Positions 26,727 through 34,880 of a stretch of DNA of 38,374 nucleotides are shown one piece after another. This DNA comes from Candidatus Avoscillospira stercoripullorum (GTDB taxonomy: Bacteria > Bacillota > Clostridia > Oscillospirales > Oscillospiraceae), in contig DVGD01000076.1 of assembly GCA_018712905.1 (NCBI GenBank), positions 1 through 38,374 of the forward strand, read 5' to 3'. Below the pieces are notes generated by a model, which had not been told where the DNA came from, did not search any database, and saw only the letters and a list, made by a program, of their open reading frames with translations. The translations under genes were made by a program, and so were the position numbers. The first letter of the stretch is position 1; every line of letters starts with the position of its first letter.

Positions 26727-27403
26727 ACACGTTTGTATCCATTGCCATCGATGGCCCCGCAGGGGCTGGAAAGAGCACTATGGCGCGGATGCTGGCAGAC
26801 CGGCTGGGGTATTCCTATGTGGACACCGGGGCAATCTACCGCACCATCGGCCTATTCTTGAGCATTTGCGGCATCAGCCCCAAGGATGTGGATGGGATCA
26901 CCAGGCTCATTGACGAGGCGTCCATCCAGGTGGAGTACGACGAGCAGGGAATGCAGCATATGCTGCTCAATGGCCAGGACGTCACCGGTGAGCTGCGCAC
27001 GCCGGAGATGAGCGACTATGCCTCCAAGATTTCCGCGCTGAAGGTGGTGCGGGATGTGCTTTTGGATTTGCAGCGGGATCTCGCTGGGACGCGAAACGTG
27101 GTCATGGACGGCCGGGACATCGGCACGGTGGTGCTGCCCCGCGCCAATGTGAAGATCTTCCTCACCGCCTCGCCGGAGGTGCGGGCAAAGCGGCGGCTTT
27201 TGGAGCTGCAGGCAAAAGGCGACAAAAAGTCGAGCTTTGATAAGGTGCTCCAGGAGATCCGCGAGCGGGACAAGCGCGATGAAACGCGGGCGGTGGCGCC
27301 GCTCAAATGTGCGCCTGACGCTGTCCGGCTGGATACCTCCGAGCTTAGCATCGAGGAGAGCGCCGCCGCCATGGAAAAAATCGTGAAAGAGAGGCTAGGG
27401 TAA
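26723..27403 (+). CDS. cmk: Cytidylate kinase
   Basis: IAIDGPAGAGKST P-loop and DTGAIYR motifs. The product is 226 aa. Confidence 0.94.
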   Translation: MNTFVSIAIDGPAGAGKSTMARMLADRLGYSYVDTGAIYRTIGLFLSICGISPKDVDGITRLIDEASIQVEYDEQGMQHMLLNGQDVTGELRTPEMSDYASKISALKVVRDVLLDLQRDLAGTRNVVMDGRDIGTVVLPRANVKIFLTASPEVRAKRRLLELQAKGDKKSSFDKVLQEIRERDKRDETRAVAPLKCAPDAVRLDTSELSIEESAAAMEKIVKERLG

Positions 27404-28005
27404 TGCTGCACGGCGCCATTTACTACTTCCTTTATGTGGCCTGCCGCTTCGGCCTTTTCTTCTATCACCCCATTTTTCGCGTAATTGGCCGGGAAAATGT
27501 GCCCAAGGAAGGGCGGCTGATGATCTGCGCCAACCACAGCGGTCTCGCGGATCCCATCTGGATCATCATGGCGCTGAAGATGGGACATATGCCCCGGGTC
27601 ATGGCCAAGAAAGAGGCATTTGACGTTCCGATCCTGGGCTGGTTTCTCCGCAGCATCGGCGTTTTTGGCATCGACCGGGAGGGGATGGACATCGGCGGCA
27701 TCAAAACCGGCATCAAGTGCCTCAGGGAGAACCAGCAGCTGATGGTATTCCCGGAGGGTACCCGGGTACGGCCTGGAAAGGTGGTCAAGCCCAAAAAGGG
27801 CGCCCTGCTTCTGGCGGCCAGAACAGATGCGCCGGTGCTTCCCGTCTATCTCACGGTGAAGCGGCATCCCTTCAGCAAGCTCACCTGCGTCATCGGAAAG
27901 CCGTACCACCCTGCCTACGGCAGCAAGAAGCCCACGGAGGAGGAGCTGGAGACGGCCACCCAGGAGCTGATGGAGAAGATCTACCGCTTGGGGGAGACGG
28001 CATGA
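27403..28005 (+). CDS. plsC: 1-acyl-sn-glycerol-3-phosphate acyltransferase
   Basis: NHSGLADP (HxxxxD) and FPEGTR acyltransferase motifs. The product is 200 aa. Confidence 0.88.
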   Translation: MLHGAIYYFLYVACRFGLFFYHPIFRVIGRENVPKEGRLMICANHSGLADPIWIIMALKMGHMPRVMAKKEAFDVPILGWFLRSIGVFGIDREGMDIGGIKTGIKCLRENQQLMVFPEGTRVRPGKVVKPKKGALLLAARTDAPVLPVYLTVKRHPFSKLTCVIGKPYHPAYGSKKPTEEELETATQELMEKIYRLGETA

Positions 28006-29954
28006 AGGTCATATTGGCCAAGACGGCCGGATTTTGCTTTGGTGTGGATCGTGCGGTATCCCTAGTGGAAGAAGCCGTGGCGCAGGGAAAACAGGTGGCA
28101 ACCCTGGGACCCATCATTCACAACCGCCATGTGACGGCGCATTTTGCTGAGAAAGGCGTGCGGGAGCTCCAGGAGCCCGAGGAGGCGCAGCCGGGGAGCG
28201 TGGTGGTGATTCGCTCCCATGGGATCTCCCGTGCCGTCTATGAGCGTCTCCAGGTACAGGATGTGGAGATTGTCGATGCCACGTGTCCCTTTGTCAAGCG
28301 AATCCATAAAATTGTGCTGCGGGCGGAGGAGCAGGGGCGACTGCCGGTGATTATCGGCACCAAGAGCCATCCCGAGGTGCAGGCCATCGCCGGCTGGTGC
28401 AAGCATCCGCTGGTCTTCGAAACACCGGAGGAGCTGTCGAGCTGGCTGCAAGAGGATCCTGCACGCTGCCATTTGCCCCTCACCATGGTCTCTCAGACCA
28501 CCAGCACACAGAATTTATGGGAAAGATGCAGGAAAATTATAAAAAAAGAGTGTACAAACGGCGAAATATTTGATACAATATGCGAAGCAACAGAAAATAG
28601 GCAGAAGGAAGCAAACGAGCTGTCACAAAGCTGCGATGCGATGGTTGTCATAGGCGATTCCATGAGCTCCAACACCAAGCGGCTTGCCATGATCTGTGGG
28701 CAACATTGCAAGGATGTTGTACTGGTGGAAGATGCCTGTGGGCTGGACGTATCGCATTTTTCGTCTGCGCGGTCTGTTGGTATCACGGCGGGGGCGTCCA
28801 CTCCGGCGTGGATAATAAAGGAGGTCAACAACATAATGAGCGAAGAAATCAAGGTTGAAACTGCCCAGGAGGAAGACTTTGCCGAGCTTCTCGAGCAGTC
28901 TATCAAGACTTTAAATAACGGAGATAAGGTCACAGGCATTGTAACTGCCATTGGCGCCACCGAGATTCAGGTGGACCTGGGTACAAAGCACGCAGGTTAT
29001 ATCCCTGTTGATGATTTCAGCTCCGATCCTTCCGTGAAGCCGGAAGATGTTCTGAAAGTCGGCGACGAGATTGAGGTGCTGGTGGTGCACGTCAATGATT
29101 CCGAGGGTACGGCGCGTCTTTCCAAGAAGCGTCTGGAAGCCGGCAAGGCTTGGGAAGAGATTGAGGCCGCTGCGGAGAGCAAGGCCGTTGTTGAGGGTCT
29201 CATTACCGAGGAGAACAAGGGCGGCATCGTGGCCAATGTCAAGGGCGTCCGTGTGTTCATCCCCGCCTCTCAGACTGGTGTGCCCAAGGGCGGCGACCTG
29301 TCTAAGCTGGTGAAGACCACCGTGCAGATGAAGATTACCGAGGTCAACCGTGCCCGCCGCCGTGTGGTCGGCTCCATTCGTGCCGTGACCAACGAGCTGC
29401 GCAAGGCTGCTCAGGAGAAGATCTGGGCTGAGATCGAAGTGGGCAAGAAGTATCATGGCGTTGTCAAGAGCCTCACCTCTTATGGCGCCTTTGTGGACAT
29501 TGGCGGCGTGGACGGCATGGTGCATGTCTCTGAGTTGTCCTGGAACCGCATCAAGAATCCCGCCGAGGTGGTCAAGGTGGGTGACGAGATCGAGGTCTTT
29601 GTCATCTCCTACGATCCCGAGAAGAAGAAGATCTCCCTGGGCTACAAGACCCCCGAGACCAACCCCTGGAACATTTTCCTGAACCAGTACAAGGTTGGCG
29701 ATGTGGCCAAGGTGAAGATCGTCAAGCTGATGACCTTCGGCGCCTTTGCTGAGATCATTCCCGGTGTGGACGGCCTGATCCATATTTCTCAGATTGCCGA
29801 TCGCCGCATCGGCAAGCCCGAGGATGTGCTCTCTGAGGGTCAGGAAGTGGATGCCAAGATCATCGACATCGACGCCGAGAACAAGCGCATCAGCCTCTCC
29901 ATCCGCGCGCTGCTCACCGCAGCGGAGGACGAAGCTCCCGCTGTCGAGGAATAA
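28002..29954 (+). CDS. ispH: Bifunctional 4-hydroxy-3-methylbut-2-enyl diphosphate reductase (IspH) / ribosomal protein S1-domain fusion
   Basis: ATG at 28002 forms an ATGA overlap with the plsC stop; the track start at 27717 lies inside plsC. The N-terminal ~280 aa are IspH-like (AKTAGFCFGVDRAV, DATCPFV, VSQTT, SSNTKRL). The C-terminal half carries four S1 repeats (GDKVTG, VEGLI, GKKYHGVVKSLTSYGAFVDIGGVDGMVHVSE, GDVAKVKIVKLMTFGAFAEI). Confidence 0.92.
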   Translation: MKVILAKTAGFCFGVDRAVSLVEEAVAQGKQVATLGPIIHNRHVTAHFAEKGVRELQEPEEAQPGSVVVIRSHGISRAVYERLQVQDVEIVDATCPFVKRIHKIVLRAEEQGRLPVIIGTKSHPEVQAIAGWCKHPLVFETPEELSSWLQEDPARCHLPLTMVSQTTSTQNLWERCRKIIKKECTNGEIFDTICEATENRQKEANELSQSCDAMVVIGDSMSSNTKRLAMICGQHCKDVVLVEDACGLDVSHFSSARSVGITAGASTPAWIIKEVNNIMSEEIKVETAQEEDFAELLEQSIKTLNNGDKVTGIVTAIGATEIQVDLGTKHAGYIPVDDFSSDPSVKPEDVLKVGDEIEVLVVHVNDSEGTARLSKKRLEAGKAWEEIEAAAESKAVVEGLITEENKGGIVANVKGVRVFIPASQTGVPKGGDLSKLVKTTVQMKITEVNRARRRVVGSIRAVTNELRKAAQEKIWAEIEVGKKYHGVVKSLTSYGAFVDIGGVDGMVHVSELSWNRIKNPAEVVKVGDEIEVFVISYDPEKKKISLGYKTPETNPWNIFLNQYKVGDVAKVKIVKLMTFGAFAEIIPGVDGLIHISQIADRRIGKPEDVLSEGQEVDAKIIDIDAENKRISLSIRALLTAAEDEAPAVEE

Positions 29955-29964
29955 TCGATCTCAT

Positions 29965-29996
29965 AGCCCCCGGTCATGATGACTGGGGGCTTTTTT
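29965..29996 (+). terminator. Rho-independent terminator after ispH-S1
   Basis: AGCCCCCGGTCA / TGACTGGGGGCT stem (one G-U pair) followed by TTTTTT. Confidence 0.85.
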
Positions 29997-30028
29997 GCGC
30001 CCATACCCCATAGAAAGAAGGTTTTGAG

Positions 30029-30928
30029 ATGGAATCTGCTGCCATACAGGAGATACTTCAAACAATGACCTGCCCCTTTTCCCCGGCACAGGCGTCGCTG
30101 ACACAGCTTGTCCATGAGGAGGACGGCGCGCCCTACCAGGTATATCGGATTGAGGCGGATGGTAAGCACTATATTCTGAAACAGGCCAAGGAATACGAGG
30201 CGGAGGTCTACCAAAAGCTCCTCAAGGACGCGGGCAGCTGCGTTCCCAAGATCTACGCCACGGCTGAGGCGGCGGGCGAGACGTACCTTCTGATGGAATA
30301 TATCCCAGGGGGAGACCTGCGCAACTGCACCAGGCATGCTCTGATTTTGGCGCTGGACGCCCTCATCGCCCTGCAAAAGAGTTACTGGAACAGCGATTCT
30401 ACCGTGGGCTACACCTATGAAGAGAGCCTTGTCCACCGCAAAAAGCGGGGCACATACCTCTGCGACCCTCAGCTGGAACAGGCCTATGAGATCTTTCTCA
30501 AAGACTATGCATCGCTTCCGCGCACCCTCTGCCACGATGATCTCTTGCCCTTTAACGTGCTGTTTGCCGGAGAGCGTGCGGTGTTCATCGACTGGGAGTT
30601 TGCCGGGATCCTGCCCTATCCCACTTCCTTTGCCCGGCTCATTGCCCATGGGGAGGAGGACGAGAACGCATTCTTCCATATGACTGCCGCCGACCGGGAA
30701 TTTGCCATTGACTATTACTATGAAAAGCTCCTGGCGGAACAGGGGATATCCTACAGAGCATGGCGCGAAGCCCTCTTGTCATTTCTCCTGTACGAGGCCT
30801 GCGAATGGGTGATGATCGGAAACAAATACGGCGAGAAGGACAGTCCGTACTTTCAAAAGTATCTTCCCATGGCCAAGCACCTGGCGGAGGAGATGCAAAA
30901 GCGCACAGCGGGAGCACCTTGTGAATGA
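30029..30928 (+). CDS. Aminoglycoside/choline-kinase-like phosphotransferase (APH family) protein
   Basis: 299-aa ORF with kinase-fold motifs: HYILK (beta3 Lys), LCHDDLLPFNVL (HxDxxxxN catalytic loop) and FIDWEFAG (metal-binding Asp). Confidence 0.8.
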   Translation: MESAAIQEILQTMTCPFSPAQASLTQLVHEEDGAPYQVYRIEADGKHYILKQAKEYEAEVYQKLLKDAGSCVPKIYATAEAAGETYLLMEYIPGGDLRNCTRHALILALDALIALQKSYWNSDSTVGYTYEESLVHRKKRGTYLCDPQLEQAYEIFLKDYASLPRTLCHDDLLPFNVLFAGERAVFIDWEFAGILPYPTSFARLIAHGEEDENAFFHMTAADREFAIDYYYEKLLAEQGISYRAWREALLSFLLYEACEWVMIGNKYGEKDSPYFQKYLPMAKHLAEEMQKRTAGAPCE

Positions 30929-30932
30929 CTGC

Positions 30933-30961
30933 TTGTATATTCATGAATAATGTGATATACT
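30933..30961 (+). promoter_or_regulatory. Putative sigma-A promoter (extended -10) for the large ncRNA
   Basis: TTGTAT (30933-30938), a 17-nt spacer, then TGaTATACT (TG at 30953-30954, -10 at 30956-30961). It begins 5 nt after the APH-like stop codon, and no RBS or plausible start follows it. Confidence 0.65.
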
Positions 30962-30967
30962 GTAAAC

Positions 30968-31612
30968 GATAATGGCGCAGTATCCTAGTCAGCGCCACCG
31001 GCTCCCAGGAAGGGCCTAAAAATCCTTTGAAGGGCATAACTGTGAAACCTCTGGTGCTTGCTTCTTACGCCCAGTTTGGGGTGAGTGCTGGAGGAAGGCG
31101 TAACAATTACGCCTGCGGCGGAAGGGCGGTCTTCAATGGCATGAAGATCCCGACCCTGCCGTTGTGGAGACCCACTGTTGTGCAGACGCGTACTCCCCAG
31201 TGGTCGAAGCGACGTCTGTACGAGGTGGGATGTAAACCTGCAATGCGGTGCAAGGGCTTGCCCGAGCGCTGTGTGCAGAGTAGCCTGCCTTGCGTGAGCA
31301 GATCGGGACTGCGGTCAGGCATGCAGACCCCTGGCCAGGGGCGAGGCATGATATTGCCGCACGAAAGCCTGCTTGCAAAAGAGGATAAGAGTCGGAGGGC
31401 GCTGTGGTGGAAATCACCTAGGCTGTCTTTCATAGAGCAGATAAGGGATTGCAGTACGGACTCAGTGGCAATCGGGTCGCTTTCTTGGCAACGGAAAGAC
31501 GGCGGCTTTCATGGGAAACCACTCCACCGGCGACGGGGAGCAGCCTCCGGGGAAATCCTACCCGACCTAAGCCGTAAGCTTAATCTTATCTGCTGCCATT
31601 ATTCTTGAGAAT
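30968..31612 (+). ncRNA. ole: Large structured non-coding RNA, candidate OLE (ornate, large, extremophilic) RNA
   Basis: About 645 nt between the predicted promoter and the RBS of the next gene. Only mutually overlapping, RBS-less, R/C/W/G-rich ORFs occur here, on both strands. There are many short GC hairpins: TGGCGC/GCGCCA 30973-30997, GGCGTA-acaat-TACGCC 31097-31113, CCACTG/CAGTGG 31172-31203, CCCGA/TCGGG 31261-31307, CCCCT-GGCC-AGGGG 31328-31341, GGTG-gaaat-CACC 31406-31418, TGG-GAAA-CCA 31512-31521 and GGAG-cagc-CTCC 31537-31548. The downstream synteny (4-TM protein, dxs, tlyA, nadK, argR, recN) matches the known OLE/oapA locus. Boundaries are approximate, and the family was not verified by a covariance model. 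Confidence 0.7.
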
Positions 31613-31624
31613 TGAGGGAGTATC

Positions 31625-32224
31625 TTGCAGCAAAACCAGGGGAAAAAGTCCAAAAAGCTGAAAATCAAGCCGGACTGGCACTGGATCACCACGATCTTTG
31701 GCACGACCATCGGCATCTCCGCCGCCATGTCCTTTCTCTCCAATGAGATGTTGTCCGGCGGCGGCCTTATATTATCCTTTGCCGTTCTCCTGGTCATTAT
31801 CTTGATCGGTATTCTCTTTGATATTATCGGCGTGTCGGTGACGGCTGCGGAGGAAAAGCCCTTTCACTCCATGGCCGCAAAAAAAGTGCCCGAGGCCAGA
31901 GAAGCGCTGAAAATGCTGCGCCGTGCCGAGCGGGTTTCCTCCTTCTGCAACGACGTGGTGGGCGACATCTGCGGCGTCATCTCCGGTTCTGCCGCCGCCG
32001 TCATCGCCGCAAAGGCCATCACCGGCATGAGCCCTGTGTTGGGGAGCGTGGTGCAGCTCCTGCTGTCCGCCGTGGTGGCCGGGCTCACCGTGGGCGGAAA
32101 GGCGTTTGGAAAGTCCATCGCCATGAATAACAGCACGGCCATAATTCATGCGGCGGCGAAAGTGATGTATCTCGTAAAATCTCTGCCCGGCCGTGTGACG
32201 CGCCGGAAGGGGGACAGGGGATAG
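31625..32224 (+). CDS. oapA: Four-helix integral membrane protein, candidate OLE-associated protein A (OapA)
   Basis: TTG start follows a GAGGGAG RBS at 31614-31620. The 199-aa product has a basic N-terminus (KKSKKLKIK) and four predicted TM helices (ITTIFGTTIGISAAMSFL, LILSFAVLLVIILIGILFDIIGV, FCNDVVGDICGVISGSAAAVIAA, VVQLLLSAVVAGLTVGG). It lies between the ncRNA and dxs. Confidence 0.7.
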   Translation: MQQNQGKKSKKLKIKPDWHWITTIFGTTIGISAAMSFLSNEMLSGGGLILSFAVLLVIILIGILFDIIGVSVTAAEEKPFHSMAAKKVPEAREALKMLRRAERVSSFCNDVVGDICGVISGSAAAVIAAKAITGMSPVLGSVVQLLLSAVVAGLTVGGKAFGKSIAMNNSTAIIHAAAKVMYLVKSLPGRVTRRKGDRG

Positions 32225-32233
32225 GAGCCAGCT

Positions 32234-34081
32234 ATGTTACTCAATGAAATCCACACCCGGGCGGATTTACTTCGCCTGACGCCCCAGGAAAATCAGCAGC
32301 TCTGCGGAGAGATTCGCGAATTCCTGGTGCGGCACATCGCCAGAACCGGCGGCCACCTGGCCTCCAATCTGGGCGTGGTGGAGCTGACCGTTGCCCTGCA
32401 TCAGGTCTATGATACGGAGAAGGACAGAATTCTCTTTGATGTGGGGCATCAGTCCTATGTCCATAAGATTCTCACCGGGAGAATGGATCGGTTTTCCACC
32501 CTGCGCACCTATGGCGGCCTGGCTGGCTTTCCCAAGCCCTCAGAGAGCGTGCACGACGCGTTTATTGCCGGACATGCCTCGGAGTCGGTTTCCGTGGCGC
32601 TGGGCATGGCGCGGGCGAGAACCCTGCTCCACGAGGATTACAGCGTGGTGGCGGTTCTGGGCGATGGGGCGCTGACGGGAGGTCTTGCCTACGAAGGACT
32701 CAACGACGCCGGCGCCAGCGGAGAGCCGCTTGTGGTGGTGCTCAATGATAACGGCATGTCCATCACCACCAACGTGGGCGCCATTTCCCGGCACCTGAAG
32801 CTCTTGCGGCTCAAGCCCGGCTATTTTGATCTGAAAAAGGCATACCGGCAGTTCACCCGGAAAATTCCCGGCGGTGCGGCGCTCTACCGCTTTACCCATG
32901 GACTCAAGACCAGGCTGCGCCGCCGCTTGATTGGCGTGACGATTTTTGAGGAGATGGGATTTTCATATCTTGGCCCCGTGGACGGCCATGATGTGGAGAA
33001 GCTCAAATTCCTCCTCAAGGAGGCCAAGGGGATGAACTGCCCGGTTCTCCTCCATGTTATCACCAAGAAGGGGAAGGGCTATATTCCCGCGGAGGTCACG
33101 CCGTCCAAGTATCACGGCGTGGGGCGCTTTAATCCGGTCACCGGTCTCAGCGCCGGGGGCAGTGGGAAGAGCTTCTCAGAAACCTTTGGCCAGACGCTTT
33201 GCGACCTTGCCATCGAGGATCAGCGAATTTGCGCCATTACGGCTGCCATGGAGCAGGGGACGGGACTATCCCAATTTGCTGCCAGCTTCCATGATCGATA
33301 TTTCGATGTGGGCATTGCCGAAGGGCATGCCGTTTCCATGGCGGCAGGGCTTGCCAAGCAGGGACTGCTGCCGGTCTTTGCCGTGTATTCTACGTTCTTG
33401 CAGCGAAGCTACGACATGCTCCAGCAGGACGTGGGGCTTCTAGGGCTTCATGTGGTGCTGGCGGTGGATCGCGCCGGATTGGTGGGTGAGGACGGCGAAA
33501 CCCACCATGGCGTCTTTGACGTGGGGTATCTGCGCCAGATCCCGGGCATGACGGTGTTCTGCCCGGCCAGCCAGGCGGAGCTTCGCCGGATGCTCCGGGA
33601 GGCCATTTTGGAGACAAGCGGCCCCGTGGCGGTGCGCTATCCCCGCGGCGGAAACGGCGCCTACGATGGCGCGGTGTGGGAAAATCAGTGCTGCGACGCG
33701 CCTGCTGTGACCATTGTCACCTATGGTATCACCATCAACGATGTTTTGGCGACCGTCAAGCGGCTGCGGGACGAGCATATTTCCGTGGATCTCATCAAGC
33801 TCGATCAGATTGCGCCCCTTCACTTGGAGCCCGTCCGGCAATCCCTCGCGCACAGCGGAAAGCTCCTGGTGGTAGAAGAAACTGCTGCTGCCGGATGCGT
33901 GGGCAGCGCGATTCTCGCCCAGCTGGTGCAAGAGGGTGCTGCACCCAATGCAGTGCGGCTTATCAACCTCCAGTCCGGCTTGGTGCCCCACGGAAGCCTC
34001 CCCCTGCTGCGCCATCGTACCGGCTTGGATGAAGCGGGGATTTATCAAGCGACAAAGGAGTTGATTGGCCTTGAAGCATAA
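32234..34081 (+). CDS. dxs: 1-deoxy-D-xylulose-5-phosphate synthase
   Basis: 615-aa ORF with GGHLASNLGVVELTVALH, GHQSYVHKILTGR and the TPP-binding motif GDGALTGG. Confidence 0.96.
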   Translation: MLLNEIHTRADLLRLTPQENQQLCGEIREFLVRHIARTGGHLASNLGVVELTVALHQVYDTEKDRILFDVGHQSYVHKILTGRMDRFSTLRTYGGLAGFPKPSESVHDAFIAGHASESVSVALGMARARTLLHEDYSVVAVLGDGALTGGLAYEGLNDAGASGEPLVVVLNDNGMSITTNVGAISRHLKLLRLKPGYFDLKKAYRQFTRKIPGGAALYRFTHGLKTRLRRRLIGVTIFEEMGFSYLGPVDGHDVEKLKFLLKEAKGMNCPVLLHVITKKGKGYIPAEVTPSKYHGVGRFNPVTGLSAGGSGKSFSETFGQTLCDLAIEDQRICAITAAMEQGTGLSQFAASFHDRYFDVGIAEGHAVSMAAGLAKQGLLPVFAVYSTFLQRSYDMLQQDVGLLGLHVVLAVDRAGLVGEDGETHHGVFDVGYLRQIPGMTVFCPASQAELRRMLREAILETSGPVAVRYPRGGNGAYDGAVWENQCCDAPAVTIVTYGITINDVLATVKRLRDEHISVDLIKLDQIAPLHLEPVRQSLAHSGKLLVVEETAAAGCVGSAILAQLVQEGAAPNAVRLINLQSGLVPHGSLPLLRHRTGLDEAGIYQATKELIGLEA

Positions 34082-34877
34082 GGAACGGCTGGATGTGCTT
34101 CTGGTGGAGCGCGGCCTTTCGGAGAGCCGCACCAAGGCACAGGCCGTCATCATGAGCGGCGAGGTCTATGTGGACGGGCAGAAGGCAGATAAGCCCGGCG
34201 CGTCCTATGACCTGGAGGCCAAGATTGAAGTGCGCGGCAGCGTCTGCCCGTATGTGAGCCGCGGCGGGCTCAAGCTCGAAAAGGCGCTGCGGGACTTCGG
34301 CGTGGATCCCACGGGCTATGTTTGCAGCGACTCCGGCGCCTCCACCGGCGGCTTTACCGACTGCCTGCTGCAGCAGGGCGCCAGGAAGGTCTTTGCCATT
34401 GATGTGGGCTACGGCCAGCTGGCCTGGAAAATCCGCAACGATCCCCGGGTGGTGACCATGGAGCGCACCAACATCCGCTATGTCACCCACGAGCAGCTGG
34501 GCGAGCCGCTGGATCTCTCGGTGGTGGATGTTTCGTTTATTTCCCTCAAGCTGGTGCTCCCGGCCATCCGGGCGCTGCTCAAGCCCGATTGCGGCCAGGT
34601 ACTCTGCCTCATCAAGCCGCAGTTTGAGGCGGGCAAGGATCGCGTGGGCAAGAAGGGCGTGGTGCGCGACCCGGAAGTACATCGAGAGGTTCTGGAGCAG
34701 TTTGTGGAGACGGCCAAGGCGCTTTCCTTTACCATTTTGAATCTCACCTTCTCGCCGGTCAAGGGACCCGAGGGGAACATCGAGTTTTTGGGTCACCTGA
34801 GCCTGCGACCCGGGATCGACAACATTCCGCCCCTGGAGGAATTGGTCTCCCAGGCGCATGAAGCATTGAAGGGGTGA
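34065..34877 (+). CDS. tlyA: TlyA family rRNA (cytidine-2'-O)-methyltransferase
   Basis: It has an S4-like N-terminus (RLDVLLVERGLSESRTKAQ) plus VSRGGLKLEKAL, GASTGGFTDCLLQ and DVGYGQL. The start is TTG 34065 or 34071, after AAAGGAG. Confidence 0.9.
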   Translation: MALKHKERLDVLLVERGLSESRTKAQAVIMSGEVYVDGQKADKPGASYDLEAKIEVRGSVCPYVSRGGLKLEKALRDFGVDPTGYVCSDSGASTGGFTDCLLQQGARKVFAIDVGYGQLAWKIRNDPRVVTMERTNIRYVTHEQLGEPLDLSVVDVSFISLKLVLPAIRALLKPDCGQVLCLIKPQFEAGKDRVGKKGVVRDPEVHREVLEQFVETAKALSFTILNLTFSPVKGPEGNIEFLGHLSLRPGIDNIPPLEELVSQAHEALKG

Positions 34878-34880
34878 GCC

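Noticed and set aside
31027-31608. 193-aa plus-strand ORF, together with minus-strand ORFs 31107..31433 and 31133..31417, inside the long intergenic region
   Set aside because: There is no Shine-Dalgarno site or plausible start context. The ORFs overlap each other on opposite strands, and their composition is rich in R, C, W, G and P with no recognisable motifs. This is typical of spurious ORFs in GC-rich structured RNA, so the region is better explained as ncRNA.
30968-31612. Alternative identities for the structured RNA: RNase P RNA, tmRNA, group II intron
   Set aside because: I found no GAGGAAAGUCC-type RNase P core and no tRNA-like 3' end (TTCGAATCC...CCACCA) or tag reading frame for tmRNA. 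There is also no GTGCG 5' end, domain V-like hairpin or intron-encoded reverse transcriptase. The synteny instead matches an OLE locus.
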